64,000 bases of DNA from Octopus sinensis. Its lineage: Eukaryota. This document shows, piece by piece, positions 1 through 59,279 of the stretch. The DNA is taken from contig NC_043006.1 of assembly GCF_006345805.1 (NCBI RefSeq), positions 35,960,001 to 36,024,000 of the forward strand. Reading direction: 5' to 3'. Made by a program: the position numbers and the translations under genes. Position 1 is the first letter of the stretch, and each line of letters begins with the position of its first letter. The notes under the pieces are model-generated. The model saw only the letters and a program-made list of their open reading frames with translations. It made no database searches and was not told the DNA's origin.

Positions 1-402
1 ACAGCGTATGACCTTGCAAATGAGGTCCAGTTAGTATTTTCTTCAGGTTGAGTAACCCATCCCGCTCAAAAGGTCCCTGAATAAGGGTTGTTTGAGGATG
101 TTGAACGGAACACCCACGTTTGTAAAGGTGAATTATTCAAACCCCATAGAAGTTCTCTCAACACATTGTATGATTCTCCCCGACTACTTCTGCTTGGGAT
201 CAGAGATGCATATAGCGTCAGCCACTAAGGGACATGCTCAACTGTTTTAAGTCAAGCAACTGACAAGCAAATCTGTGGTATTGAGCAGAATATTTGTTGC
301 AGCCCATCTTTTATACCAAGACAAACCAGTGTACATGATAACACTTACACTCAGTTAAGGTCAGAAACCATGAGAATAACTGCTTGGTACTGCATCAGAG
401 CA

Positions 403-405
<3 letters not shown>
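1..405 (-). mobile_element. Non-coding interspersed element abutting an (AAT)n array
   Basis: Window-edge sequence TGCAAGGTCATACGCTGT resembles the start of the AAT-flanked element at 20392. Confidence 0.4.
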
Positions 406-435
<30 letters not shown>

Positions 436-486
436 CACTATTATTATTATTATCGTTATTGTTGTTGCTATTATTGTTTTTGGTCA

Positions 487-695
487 GCCGGCGAGCTGGC
501 AGAAACGTTAGCACGCCGGGCGAGATGCTTAGCAGTATTTCGTCTGCCGTTACATTCTGAGCTCAAATTCCGCCGAGGTCGACTTTGCCTTTCATCCTTT
601 TGGGGTCGATTAAATAAGTACCAGTTACGCACTGGGGTTGATATAATCGACTTAATCCCATCCCACAAGATGCCCTTGTGACAAAAGTTCGCAAT
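487..695 (+). mobile_element. tRNA-derived SINE, family 1 (Meta/MESC-like core)
   Basis: Box B gagctcaaattcc and core gactttgcctttcatcc..ggggtcga..aagtaccag. Further copies near 7724(+), 8885(+), 10590(-), 10785(-), 17523(-), 20619(-), 25320(-), 25540(-), 27958(-), 33168(-), 49131(+), 52350(-), 58826(-). Confidence 0.85.
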
Positions 696-741
696 TGTTA
701 TTATTTGAAGGTATTAATTTATTTATTTTCTTTTATTTCAG

Positions 742-1199
742 TTTCCGCAAGTTTGAATTCTTCCTCTCATAATTTTAACCTGTTTGATAAGCATGAAGAT
801 GAAGTCGAATACAAATTCTGGAAGTTTCTACGAGATTTCGTTATTGGTACAACGGTGAGGACGGGTGCACCAAAGTTGGAGATGGCTGAAAAACTCCGGA
901 GGTTGCGCGTTAAATGCATTTTCGCATTTTTGATTTGTAATTCGATCTGGATGATCATCCTTGGATTCCTCTTCACAAACGTTACAACCGAAAGGTCTAA
1001 GTTTAACTTATTTGCTTCAGTCAGTGGCTCCCTCTACGGGGTATCATTCGTCATTCAAATGATTGGAATGACGGTACATCGAACTCAAGACACTATCGAA
1101 CGTTTTATACGCAAATCCAACAGACAATCGAAGCGACCCGAATGGATAATTACAAAAGACGAAAAACCTGAAGCTGCAAAAAACAAAAGTAAAAAATAA
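742..1199 (+). CDS. CHS: Terminal exon of a second chitin synthase paralog (rest upstream of window)
   Basis: Acceptor ttttcttttatttcag at 740-741, phase 1. EYKFWKFLR...LRRLR...N.IW...SGSLYG..FVIQMIGMTVHR aligns with the 11457-11911 exon. Several AATAAA at 1195-1295. Confidence 0.88.
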
Positions 1200-2298
1200 A
1201 TCAAAGAAAACAGACAAAAATAAAATGATAGAAAACAAATAAAAGAGAAAACATCTTGGGGGAAAAAATAGTATAAAATTTTAAAATAAATAAAAGCTCT
1301 TCGAAAATGCGGTGTGATAGGGACGGGAGGTGGCCACGCACACACTTACAGATAGACAGATATTTTATTCATTCAATGATAGAGATTGGGCTGCGCCCAT
1401 GCTGGTGCACTAACCTCCGAACATTTCGGTCGATCACATCAACCTTATTACTCGTTCCAGTCAGGTATTTATTTCAGAGATATTTATTCATTGGAAGACC
1501 AAATAAGGTATTTTAAAACGACACCTTTTAATACACCAGGAGCTTACGACAACGAAACGAAATTTGTAAGCACATTCTCACAGGCTTCCTTCAATTTTCA
1601 GGCAAACACATAAATTATACATATTCTATTATTCTTTTATACGTTTTAGCGATGCGGTTGCGATCATGTATGTCATGTGTATATATACATGTATGTGTGT
1701 AAACATAATTATATAAGCATGCGTGAACATTATATATTTGTATAGGTATGTATAAACATGTCCTATAGATATGTAGGACTGCGTATGTGAGTACTTTTAT
1801 ATCATGAAGCTTGACAGTTAGACATTAATATCGCTGCGCGACTTCCCTGACTGTCTGGCGTATTTTGAATATATAAGTTTTCATCAACTCTTTAATTATG
1901 AATATCGTAAGGCTGTGTGTTTGCGAGATTTCAAGTACATACGTGTATGTCATATCGTTAATAAACATTATCTGATGTATAATTCAATAGACACTTGTGT
2001 TTTTTTATATCATAAGGCTGATATAAAGTATTTCCTGTGTGTTAGATGTGTGACTGCTACTCGTGAGTTTAGAGCTCAATGTTGAGTATCATCATCCAAT
2101 CTACTTCTAGTAAAGTGATATGGTCACTACTGTACTTCGCAGTATTAGTAATTATAACATGCAGAGCAAATGAGAAATTATGATGCAGTTAAAATTATTT
2201 ATTTTCTTTATACATTTTACCTTTGTGGTTATTGCACCCCTTGCAGCGGGTGTTCTAACTTCATGTTGTGTTTTTCATTATATATATATATATATAAT

Positions 2299-3022
2299 TT
2301 TGGGTCATCCCATAAATAATGCGGCTCTTTCAATTGCACGAACTAAAAGTCGGAGGAGTAAGGGATAAACTACCAGCATCAACTTGCTATAAAAGTAGGT
2401 AGGAATTGTACTTATTGTTAGCGGAAGTTTTGAAGTGTGCAATACGATTTTAACAGTTGCGTTCAACAAAGACAACAAGGCAATGAAAAATGCGAGGAAT
2501 ATGGATGCAGTATACGAGGATCGGACAGTAAGCGTAAGCCAGTGTCAAAGGTGGTTCCAGAAATTTCGAGCCTGAAACTACAAACCTAGCAGATGAGCCT
2601 CGTTTAGGATTATCTGTAGAGCTCGACGAGGACGTCCTGCAAACCCTGGTGGGACATAATCGCATCGTTACTGTTGACGAACTAGAAGATAAGCTTGGAT
2701 TTGGTCATTTAACCATTCATCGACACCTGCGTGCCATCGGAAAAGTCAACAAATTGGGTCAATGGGTTCTTCACAAACTTTCGGTGTCTAATCGCGAGAG
2801 TGAATGTGTGCTCTTCTTTGCTGTCATGTCTCATGAATGAGCCTTTTTTGACCGTAGGGTGACTGGTGACGAGAAATGGGTTCTTTATAAAAATGTCAAG
2901 CGCCGAAAACAATGGTTAGGGAAAGGAGAAACACCGGCAACCCAAGCTGAAGAAGGTCTTCACCCACATAAGATGTTCTTATCAGTTTGGTGAAATATAA
3001 AAGATTTAGTCCACCTTGAACT
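2299..3022 (+). mobile_element. Degenerate mariner transposon, 5' part
   Basis: TIR-like ttgggtcatcccataaataatgcgg next to (TA)n; broken transposase with KLGQWVLHKL (WVPHEL), VTGDEKWVLY and LHPHKMFLSVW. Confidence 0.85.
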
Positions 3023-4315
3023 CACTGTGCAACACTCAAAAACGGACAGGAGATCTGTGGCCATTTTTATATGCAAAATGACATGGGAAATCCATTTCTG
3101 GCCTTCTTTTTGTTGAATTAGGCATGGTTTCAGAATTGTCACTGTATACCCTATTTTTCATTATTATTAAGTAAAATTATCTCCCACATTGTATAATGGG
3201 TTTCAACCCAGGGCTAGAGACCAATCTTAGTAACACCTACAATGTGATTCAAAGCTTGTGTTTAATGTTAATTTTATCTTTCAGATCTTATTTGTTTTCA
3301 AGAATCAGTGCAATACAGTTCACAAATGATCCAAACAGATACTGTTATATCTGTGAGGAATTGACTTACGCTAAAGAAAAGCGTAGTATTACAGGCCATA
3401 TCAGGAAAATATACAAAAGCTTACTTCGATTGTTACTTAGGAGACCAGGATAAGTCATGGACTCCTCATGTGTGTTGCTTTACATGTATGATGACATTGA
3501 GTGCCTGGTATGCAGGAAAAAATGTTCACATGAAGTTTAGTGTGCTGATGATTTGGCGTGAGCAGAAAGATTACTCTAGAGATTACTATTTCTGTCATCA
3601 TGACTTTACAGGCTGTACTACTGCAAAGAAAAATAAACACATTGTTTTCCCAAATTTGCAATCAGCAATGCACCTGTAGAACACTCAGAAAATTTACCTC
3701 TGCCCAAACCTCCAGATCAAGAAATGCAGAGTTCCAGCAGTGTTGATGAACACTCCATTGGTGAATGTATAGAGCCCAATGATCCAGAAAGTGAGAAACC
3801 AATACCATTTTCTCAAGTGGATCTAAATGACTTCTGTAGGAATCTCTATTTAACCAAAGAGAAAAGTGAGTTTCTGGCATCAAGACTTCAATAACGTAAT
3901 CTTCTTGAGAAAGGAGTGAAGATAACAATGTACAGAAAACGTACAGAGGATCTGCTTGCATTATTCACCATGAAGGATGACATCACTGAACTTTTTGAGC
4001 AAGTGAAAATACCATGTGATAAAACCAACTCGTGACTTTTCATAGATGCATCCAAGGACAGCATCAAAGCTGTTCTGCTACACAATGGTAACACTCTGCC
4101 TTCTGTTTCCATAGGTTATAGCACAACCATGAAAGAATCATATGAAAATCGGAAAGCAATTCTAACAAGCATACAGTATGATGACCATACCTGGCATATT
4201 TGTGCAGATTTGTGGCCATGCTTACTGGCCTTCAGATGGCTATACTAAATTTTGTTTCTTCCTATGCTTATGTAATTTCAGAGCAAGAGCTGAACGTTAT
4301 GTACGCACGGACAAG
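3023..4315 (+). mobile_element. Degenerate DNA transposon, Chapaev3-like transposase (5' half)
   Basis: Starts CACTG; frameshifted NDPNRYCYIC, GDQDKSWTPHVCC, IWREQKD...YYFC, FSQVDLND, FIDASK.SIKAVLLHNGN, WHICAD. Family name from recall of these motifs. Confidence 0.6.
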
Positions 4316-4941
4316 TGAATTTTGGAAGAGGGACCTTGCAAGTCTACCAGTGAGATAGAAGGGCATTGGAGAAAATATACCTCTGGAGGTTTGGGCAGAG
4401 GTATATTTTAGATTAAAAAAGGACTTAGTTTATCTTAATTCTGAAAAAAATAAAAGTATAAAAGAACTGCATCATTTATGGGATGACTCAATGTATTATG
4501 TATAATATGCACAGTTGTATGTGCATGTATTATATGCAAGTTTTTATTAGCACGCTGATAGAATTGCATTCATTTGCGAACCTAATATATGATCAGTTTC
4601 CAGACGAAATAAAATATTATGTCTCGTGGGGACTTTGTGCGAGTGATGCTTCTGTAAGCTGGCCGCATATTTAATCTCGAGAGCCAATAAATGGTTTATA
4701 TCGATTGAAATTACACCTGCAAAGAAAAGAAAAAAGGTGTTACTATTATTTCTTGTTACACCGGAAGTGGAAATCATGGAATCCTACTCCACATTCCACT
4801 GATTTAGATTGCGAACGCAATACTTTGTTGATAGAATACGCACATTTTAGCCAACACTCTGTTTAGACAAATTCAAATCATTGCTCTGGAAAACAATAAT
4901 TGATACTATATATTGTATAGAGGAGGTCAACATATCCATAT

Positions 4942-4985
<44 letters not shown>

Positions 4986-5157
4986 CGTGTAATATGCATA
5001 CCTTCTACTAAAGTGAAATACATACATTATCAGTCATAGATAAGACGGTTATCGTAATCTCTCTCGACAAAACGATAGACATTTATTTATCATTCATACA
5101 TTACGAAAGTGTGTGTGTGTGGAGGGGTACGATATATATATATAAGAGTTTAAGTAC

Positions 5158-5191
<34 letters not shown>

Positions 5192-5689
5192 GTACTTAGA
5201 CTCTCAAAGAAATTTATCTAATGCAAATTTCGTCAATCTCTGTGATATTTAATAAGAGGGAGTGCGCAATATTTCAGCACAAAATCGGTCCTATAAATTT
5301 GCAGATGTTAAACTATTAGTTTATTAAGCATTATGATCAGGTCCTGTTTTGTTCTCGCAACTATTAATCATTAAACTCCTTACAGAAACCAATCAATTAT
5401 ATTTTAAAATATATATCATTTGACACGAATTTCATCGTTTGTTCTCCAATTGTTTTTGCGACTATTAACCTTTCAGATGGTGTTGAAGTTTCTACAAAAT
5501 GCATAACAGATTATGAGTGGGTGTTAAATAAACCAAAAGGATTTATAAAAGCAGAGGCCAAGAATGGAGGTTATGGGATTGCATTTATTCCGTCATTTCG
5601 ATTATTTCCACAATGCATGCCTCGGATGCATCAACATATTACATGCAGTCCATCTCATTAGACAATGGTCTGAGATATATAATCTTCAT

Positions 5690-5720
<31 letters not shown>

Positions 5721-6389
5721 CTGTCTGTCTGTCGATATGTATTGTGTAACGAAATACAACATTCTCTACTATCACCCTCTCTAAATCAAACTATAAGCAT
5801 ATTTGATTAGTAATAGTTGCGAGAACCAGACAGAATCTCATCATAATGCGTAAACTTGTGATAAACCCAAGGTGCATTGGGTCTAACATTCGCCCGACTG
5901 AATCAGTTCTGAGAATATTTTGCTAGAGCATTACGAAGCAAAGTGCTTTGTATAATGTTGTTTGTTCCTTCTTGATCCATGCCTGGCTCATAAGGGCCGG
6001 TTTCTTGGCGTATATGTTCCCCACCTGGACGGGACGACGGTTCGTCCGCAAGTGCGCTGCTAGATGCAGGATGAAAGACAGAAAGTTGTGGCGAAAGAGT
6101 CAGCGGAAGTTCACCTTTATTTTCTTCCAGAGACGAGTGGAGCTTAGGTGTTTTCGCTCATAAACACACACATCGCCCGGTCTGAAATTCGAACCATCGA
6201 TGCCTCGACCGCGAGTTCGCTGCTCAAATTACTCGGTCATATGCCTCCACGGTGTGAATGGTGGCTTGCGAACAATTCATTCCTGATTACAAACAGGTTT
6301 GGTGATGCAAACAGCAAAAATAGAACTCAAAACATCAGTATATGTATATATTTATTATTGTGTGTGTGTGTGTATACGTGTACATGTTG

Positions 6390-7680
6390 CAGTGAATAAA
6401 TTGTCATCTCAATTACGCAAAAATGAAAATAACACTGACATCTCATTTTAACACATATATTTACCAAAATGACATAAAAATATCTTGAAATACTAAAGAG
6501 TAAATTTATTCAATAAAGTCGCCATTGGTTTCAACCACGGGCCCCCAGACGACTTTGGAGTCTCCTGCATCTCTTCTGGACGGTCTCCTTCTTCATTGAC
6601 CAAGTTGGTCAATGCTGCCATAATCCTTGCCTTCAGTTCGTCTTTTGGTATTACAAGGTAGTTTCGTTGGTCTCTCGCACAACTGCGTCCCTCAAATAAT
6701 AATAAAGAGGGCCGCAATCTGGGGAGTTAGGTGGCCAGATTTTAGTGGTGATGTTGTTGCAGAAATTGTCTGACAGCCTTGACTAGGTTCTCCTGCTTGC
6801 GTCGCATGATGCAGAGTCTTGTTGCCCGACATAGGGTCTTCCAGCAGTCACCCTCTTGACCCAGGGCAGCACTACTTCCTCCAGGCACTTAATGTAGGCC
6901 TCCGTGTTGAGTCTGAGGCCGTGTAGGAAGATGAATGGAGGCATTACGTCGTCATCACTAGTGATCACTCCAAACACCATGATGTTGACTGGATGTTTGA
7001 TTTTTATCACTCTCGATACATGTTTTGGGGACACGGTAAGCCAGCAGTTGCTCTTTGTGTTCCCCATGTGATGCTGGCAGAAATTGTTCTCGTCTTAGAA
7101 AAACAAAAGCATATTTGGTTAGAGGAGATGTTTGAGTTAGTTCAAAAGCTTGGTAAGCGCGGTCTTTCCTCTTGTCCTTGATGGCTTTGGATTAAAATTT
7201 TCCCTTTCTCATCTTGTATGAGGAATACCGAATGTCTTCATACACTACCTGCCTGATAAGAAACTCAGACACTCTCATGTCCCTGGTGATGGATGTGATT
7301 GACTTGGAGGGATCATTGTCAATCATGGCCTGGATCTCACCAACAAATTGCGGAGTTCTTTTCTTATCAGAACGATCAAAGTGAGTTTTCTGAGCTGCCG
7401 TACCTTCGTAATCACCATTAGATTCATCCAACTCTTTCCGAATCTTCTACACTGTCCTCAGATTGACATCCAAACACTCTGAAATGTTCGTATTGGAGCT
7501 TTTAACGCGAATGCTAAGCGGTACAGCATGTCATTTCCAAATTTCTGGCTGAGTGAATAATATAATGGTGCTGTTTTTTCTTACAACTGGTGCCAATCTG
7601 ACCCTACTAAAATATGTAGTCGACAAAATGAAAAACAAACAATGCGCGAAATTAAAAGTATATATATTGGGAAGAGAGTT
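6390..7680 (-). mobile_element. Degenerate Tc1/mariner-superfamily transposon
   Basis: HTH region (MIDNDPSKSITSITRDM), KHPVNIMVFGVI, QQDSA, WPPNSPD; stops and frameshifts. Confidence 0.85.
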
Positions 7681-10600
7681 TCGGGCGTTAGCATTGATCA
7701 GACATTATTGAGTTTACTAACAAGGCGGCGAGCTGACAGAAGCATTTGCACTCCGGGTGAAATGTTTAGTGGTATTTCATCTCATCTGTCTTTACATTCT
7801 GAGTTCAAATTCTGGCGAGCCTGACTTTGCCTTTCATCTTTTCGGGGTCGACAAATTAAATACCAGTTGCGTACTGTGGTCGATCTAATCGACTGGCCTC
7901 CTCCCCCAAAATTTTGGGCTTTGTGCCAAAAGTAAAAAAGATTGAAACTTTCAATCCCGCTGTTACCTCTGGTAAATGTTAATAAAAAAAAATCTTCCTG
8001 ATTAGAATGTAATACATAATAAATCAGGTTTATTTTTATAGTTTTATTCCTTTCTTTTACATATTTTAATCTTATTTGAAATTTATCATATTTACATGAA
8101 CAACAGAAACGTATGTATTACAAACATTCTTCTTACTACGAATCTCTTTTTTAAAAGAGATGCTACGAATATCTTTTATGTTTTACTAATCTCTTTTTCA
8201 CTTTTTACTACGAATGTTGTTGTTTTTCTACGAATCTCTTTTTTTTTTTACAAACATTCTTCTTACTACAAATCTCTTTTTCACACTGATAGATCAGTGT
8301 CTGCTAAACACACACATAATTGTCGCTCAACCTCTCGAAAATAGCAGCGAAAACTCTCCCAAATCACACCCTAAAAATAAAGCTGGTCTTGAACAATGTA
8401 GCTTTTTATATACAATCGACGGGAATGTTACGACTAGAATGCTTTTCATTACATTTCTAGAATTGTTATTTATTTAAGTTATTTTTTACGTTATAAATTT
8501 AAATCGCATCGAGTCACCTTTTGGCTCAAAATCTATGGGACGTTAAAATAATTCCCAGTTAAGCACTTGGGCCAATTTAAACGACGTCGGTCCTCTAAAT
8601 GTGAGATGATACCTCATGGTTATGGTAGGGATGGTGTCTGTCTCGGGAAATTCAGGATTAGCTTTTGTTGTTATTGTTTTTAATCTGAGACATTTTCACC
8701 ATAAACGCTGGAGTTTTTTCTTAACATATTCCAAGTACTTGTTACTAAATCAATGTAAACATGAAACTTAGACAAATATTAATAGCAATATTCTATATAT
8801 TATTTCAATGAAAAAAGAAGATAAAAACAATAAAAATGTTGAACATGAAATTGCTTTGGTTTTATTATTTTGCGTCGGAGAAAGCGATGAGCTGACGGTA
8901 TCGTCAGCACACCGGACAAAATGCTTAGCGGCATTTCGTACACTTTTAGGTTCTGAGTTCAAATTCCGATAGAATCAACTGTACTTTTCATCATTTCGGG
9001 GTCGATGTAATTGACTTACCCATCCCTCGAAAGTGCTGGCCCTGTTCCAAAATCTGTCTCCATCGTTAAATTAAAACATCAATATAGAGTGGGTGATTGT
9101 GCATGAGTAAAGCTAAGCCAGTTCATGATAAACGGAAAGGTTAGCAGATGTACAATGCTGCGGGAGAAGCAGAAAAGAAGAGGAACAAAAGAAAGCAGGC
9201 GAAGAGGCAGGAGAGGAAAAAATATCATATGGAGTCTAAACTGTCAATGTGTCCTTCGGAGTAAGATCGCTTTGCTTTGCTATATGGTCTACAAATTAAG
9301 CTTTCTAGTTGACCAGCAAGTATCTACATGCGTAATGACAACTAGTAAAAACAGATATTTTAGAGTTGTGACAATCATTAGAATTTGTGCAATTTGTATC
9401 CCCTTTTATAGAGTCCACACTTCTTAGATCCCTCTATGTCATCTTCTAGTTTCTCGAACACTTTCCATTTCACTTTATAATCTATCTTTATGACTTTCGG
9501 AAACCATCTATGGCACACCAAAGTTGTGTCTATCTCCTTGTGTGGATATCTGAAAAGTGATACGCGGTTGTAACACTTTTCTTAAATTGGATTTCAACTG
9601 TTTGATTTGGCGAGGTTGTGATGATCTCTGCCTTATGTATACCAGCTGGATATTTCATAGTTGGTCTACAGAACATGCATACAAACTTCTGTTGTTTTTA
9701 CTTGTAATGGGCTTGAATGCAATTAAGGATTTCGTACTAGGACACAAGTAACTGGTTTTCAACGTAAATCTCTTCTTGAATCTTACTATATCAGTGATGT
9801 GCCTGGAAATGCTTATCAAGGTGTGCCAGGAATCTGGTTTTAACTTATAATCTACATTAGTTTTAAATTGCAAGGAGAAACAGGGTGCGAGCTTGATGAA
9901 ATTACTGGGGTCGTTCCTATGTCTTTTTGTTTGGGTAAATGTACAACAGTTCTGTCCCTTAACCAGCTATTTAGCAGAGTTCGGTATAAGTAGGGACCTG
10001 TCCGGTCCAAAATGCCAGAATCGATAAATAACGTACACTTTCTTTTGAAAGTCCATTTTCTGAGTTCAAATCCCACCACATTTGAATTTTCTAGTACTGA
10101 CGCTCTTTTTATTAACTGACTATTTCCTCTCGCATCATTTGGGATTTAGAAGAAATATTTGCATTTATTATCACCAGAAGAGCTGCATAGGCAACATTTG
10201 GGTTTTATTTAATACCCTTAAACTAATCCGGGAGCCACATTTTATCAACTTCCTTTACAAGTAGTTAATCTTAGACTAAAAACAATTATTTGTCATTATT
10301 ATCGTTGTCATTGTTTTCAGAAAGAAGAGGAAGTCGTCTTTGCAAATAAGGAGAAACTAATTCAACCGCTTAATAACACAAATGACACATACATTGTTAA
10401 AAGTTACTCATAAGCCTCTTAAAGTAGTTATGTTAAAATCACACGGCATCCGATTAATTAAAATTAACCAATAATGAATTTGAAGTCAGATCCACCATCT
10501 TCGTTCTAAATACTGTCAACCGTCTATCTGCTTCGTCTCCTTAAATATTCTTTTCCTTATCAATATTTTTTCTCGGACCCTAAGACTCATCTGGTTTCCA

Positions 10601-11456
10601 TGGGTTCAATCCCAGCAATTTTGAGGAGCGGGGAGAGATAATTATATCGATCTCAATATTTGACTGGTACTTTATTTTATCGACCCTGAAGATATGAAAG
10701 ACAAAGATAACCCCGTGGGATTTGAACTAAGTGGCGTTATGCATTTTGTCTAACATGCTAACAATTCCATTCTTACAGACATTAGTTTCAAATTTTAGCA
10801 CAAAGCCAACAATTTTTGATGGTGGGGCGTGAAAGTTGATTACATCGACCTCAACTCGTACATATTTTATTGACCGCATAAGGATGAAAGGCAAAGTCGA
10901 CCTCGACGGAATTTGAGCTGAGGAGATACAGATAGACAAAATGTTGTTAAGCATTTTGTCCAACATGGTAACGAATCTGCAGGCCGCCTCTCTTGTAGAT
11001 AATGATTTCTCTCAATCAGGTCAGAGATATGTTTTTTTCTTGTTATCGACCACTAAATTCATTCGATTCTATAGATTAATGAAAGAAAAGTTGTCTGAAT
11101 CGAATTCAAAGATTTCTTAATTCTTACTTTTTCTTTCATCCCTATGATTTGGAATTTAATTATAAAACGCAAATTTACAATAATATTGAGTTGATATTAG
11201 GACAAAAGGTTACAAATTTGTACTGGAAAGAACATGAAATGTAGTCCACGAGGTTTATGTTACTTATTTTCTGAAAGAAATTAAAGAAAAATCGAAACTT
11301 GGAATCTACTCAAAACACAATCTTCCACGAAACATACTAGTTACAAAAATTTATAAAACAGAAAAGCATTTTATAGAATTCGTTAATTTTAATCAAAGTG
11401 ATATTTTCTCAGTTGTATCTTTTATGTATATATTTTATATCCTCAATCAGTTATCT

Positions 11457-57344
<45,888 letters not shown>

Positions 57345-58165
57345 CTGGCAAGAAATAAAATTAAAATAGGAACGTGTTAATACTCATAGAGTCAGTTATG
57401 TGCCTCCTTTCAAGGTCTAAGTGTACAGTACATTTAACTAAACTGAGATGAAAATATGCTAAAAGTATACCATGGTATCTGAATACATATATGTTAGACT
57501 GAATACATATATATGTGTGAAAGACAGAAACTGCATGAGTGTGTATATTTTATTAAAAACAGGACAGTTTAATCTTTGTTTCATTAGGGCTTTTCGTGTT
57601 TCTGCATAAGACCCTTATGATTTGTTTAAAATATTAAAGTTTCTAAATTCGTTGTTATTTCGTGATTATCTCTGACTCGTCATCAGGACATGAAGTATTG
57701 TCGTACTATCTCTTTTATATCAGACAACATTAACAGCTTTTAAGTGACAGAGTTTGACCGTTACAGCTCGAAGTCATCACTCAAGTGTTTTGGCCTTTGT
57801 GGTTACACCTCATCAATCTCGTGCTTAAAACTGACGTCATGGGGAAGCAGCAATATTCACTCTAGCATTATAATACGTGCTCTCGTTTTCCATAGTAGAA
57901 AAATTTAGAAACTAAAATATTATGCATATATGTGTGTGTGTGTGTATGTATTTATGTATGTATGTATGTATGTATGTATGTATGTATGTATGTATGTATG
58001 TATGTATGTATGTATGTATGTATGTATGCATGCATGTATGTATAAATGTGAATCCAGTATCCAGTTTTGGGAGTGCAAATACCCTTAAAAACGATCGATT
58101 ACTGCGCCCCTGAAATGGTTGTAAGAGGACTACCACCAACACTTTATCTAAACAGGATTACTTAC

Positions 58166-58573
58166 ATTCACATTTTTTTAATGCAATCTCAACATCACGA
58201 CTTTTCTTTATTCGCGCCTTTCGTAAGACTATTTTATTCACCTTTTCGTAAGGACATATTTATTCTTAAATAATTTTTACAACACTGTCCTACAACGCCC
58301 TTTTTTACGATTGCAATTCTAAATATCTCTCTATATATCTTTATACATTTATACTTTTATACACCTACATTTTATGACTTAATCCCATTCGTCTATTTAT
58401 ATATGTATTCATTGATTTTTATATGGTTTAATATTGTAATGACTGACACATTTGTGCAATTAAAAACTGTTATACATCATTTCATAGAGGAATATATCTT
58501 TATGGTCTATTTAAATTCTCCTTCACATTTTTTTATATCTTGCGTCTTTTATCTGAGTACTTCAAACTACCTC
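58166..58573 (-). other. Candidate non-coding or degenerate exon
   Basis: Strong acceptor tttgttttcttgtattgtgcag and donor T|gtaagt, but stops in all frames. Confidence 0.3.
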
Positions 58574-59148
58574 CTGCACAATACAAGAAAACAAATTTAT
58601 CATATGTATGTATGTATGTATATAAAATATTAATAAAAACAGCTGGGCTCAATATAAAACCACAAAAGAAAATTCAATCGTGACTAAATATGACTAAGTG
58701 TGCCGAGACATTTACATTGCTAGAAATAGGAGTAAAATACTCTTTGTGCTGTAGGAAGAGCACAACTGCATACACATGCGCTGACAAGGGAAGAAAACTC
58801 CCCATGACGAAGAAACCACTCGAAGTCTATATCATCGACCCCGGTATATGACTGATACTTATTTTCTCGACCCCAGCCCGAAAATATGAAAGGCAAAGTC
58901 AAGCTCGGCAGAATTTGAGCTCAGAACATGAAGTGGGCGAAATGCCTCTAAGTATTTTGTTTGGAGCGGTAACAATTCTACCTGTTTGCTGTTGGCTAAA
59001 AATAATAAAAGAAGTGACATAGAACCAGTGTATGTATTTATCATTGGCATAATGACCCTCCAGAGATACAACAAAATGCTTTTTCTATTATTTTTGTTCT
59101 CCACTTGGTATCATTGCAGATCTTTCGATTGGACCAGATCTTATTTAC

Positions 59149-59279
59149 CTCGACCAAAGACGAAAGTTCCTACTTCGGAGCTGTGGTCACTGATTTGGTT
59201 GACGTTGTACATCCATCTTCGATTATCACGGTTGTTTGGTTAAAAAATACTAACACCGTGTTTAATGAATCTATGATAA
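59149..59279 (-). other. Candidate upstream CHS exon (coding with in-frame TAG, or 5' UTR)
   Basis: Acceptor ttctcttattcag, donor GAG|gtaaat; phase 1 to 0 fits its neighbours but TAG at 59170-59172. Confidence 0.45.

Noticed and set aside
8119-8282. Repeated CTACGAAT units resembling a repeat-spacer array
   Set aside because: Irregular AT-rich minisatellite in eukaryotic DNA with no cas genes; not CRISPR
9400-10080. Unique-looking segment with short minus-strand ORFs
   Set aside because: Fragmented with no recognisable family; probably decayed transposon sequence
57832-57839. CRE palindrome TGACGTCA near the CHS 5' exons
   Set aside because: The 8-mer also occurs near 21.1 and 48.7 kb; consistent with chance, and the TSS is unknown
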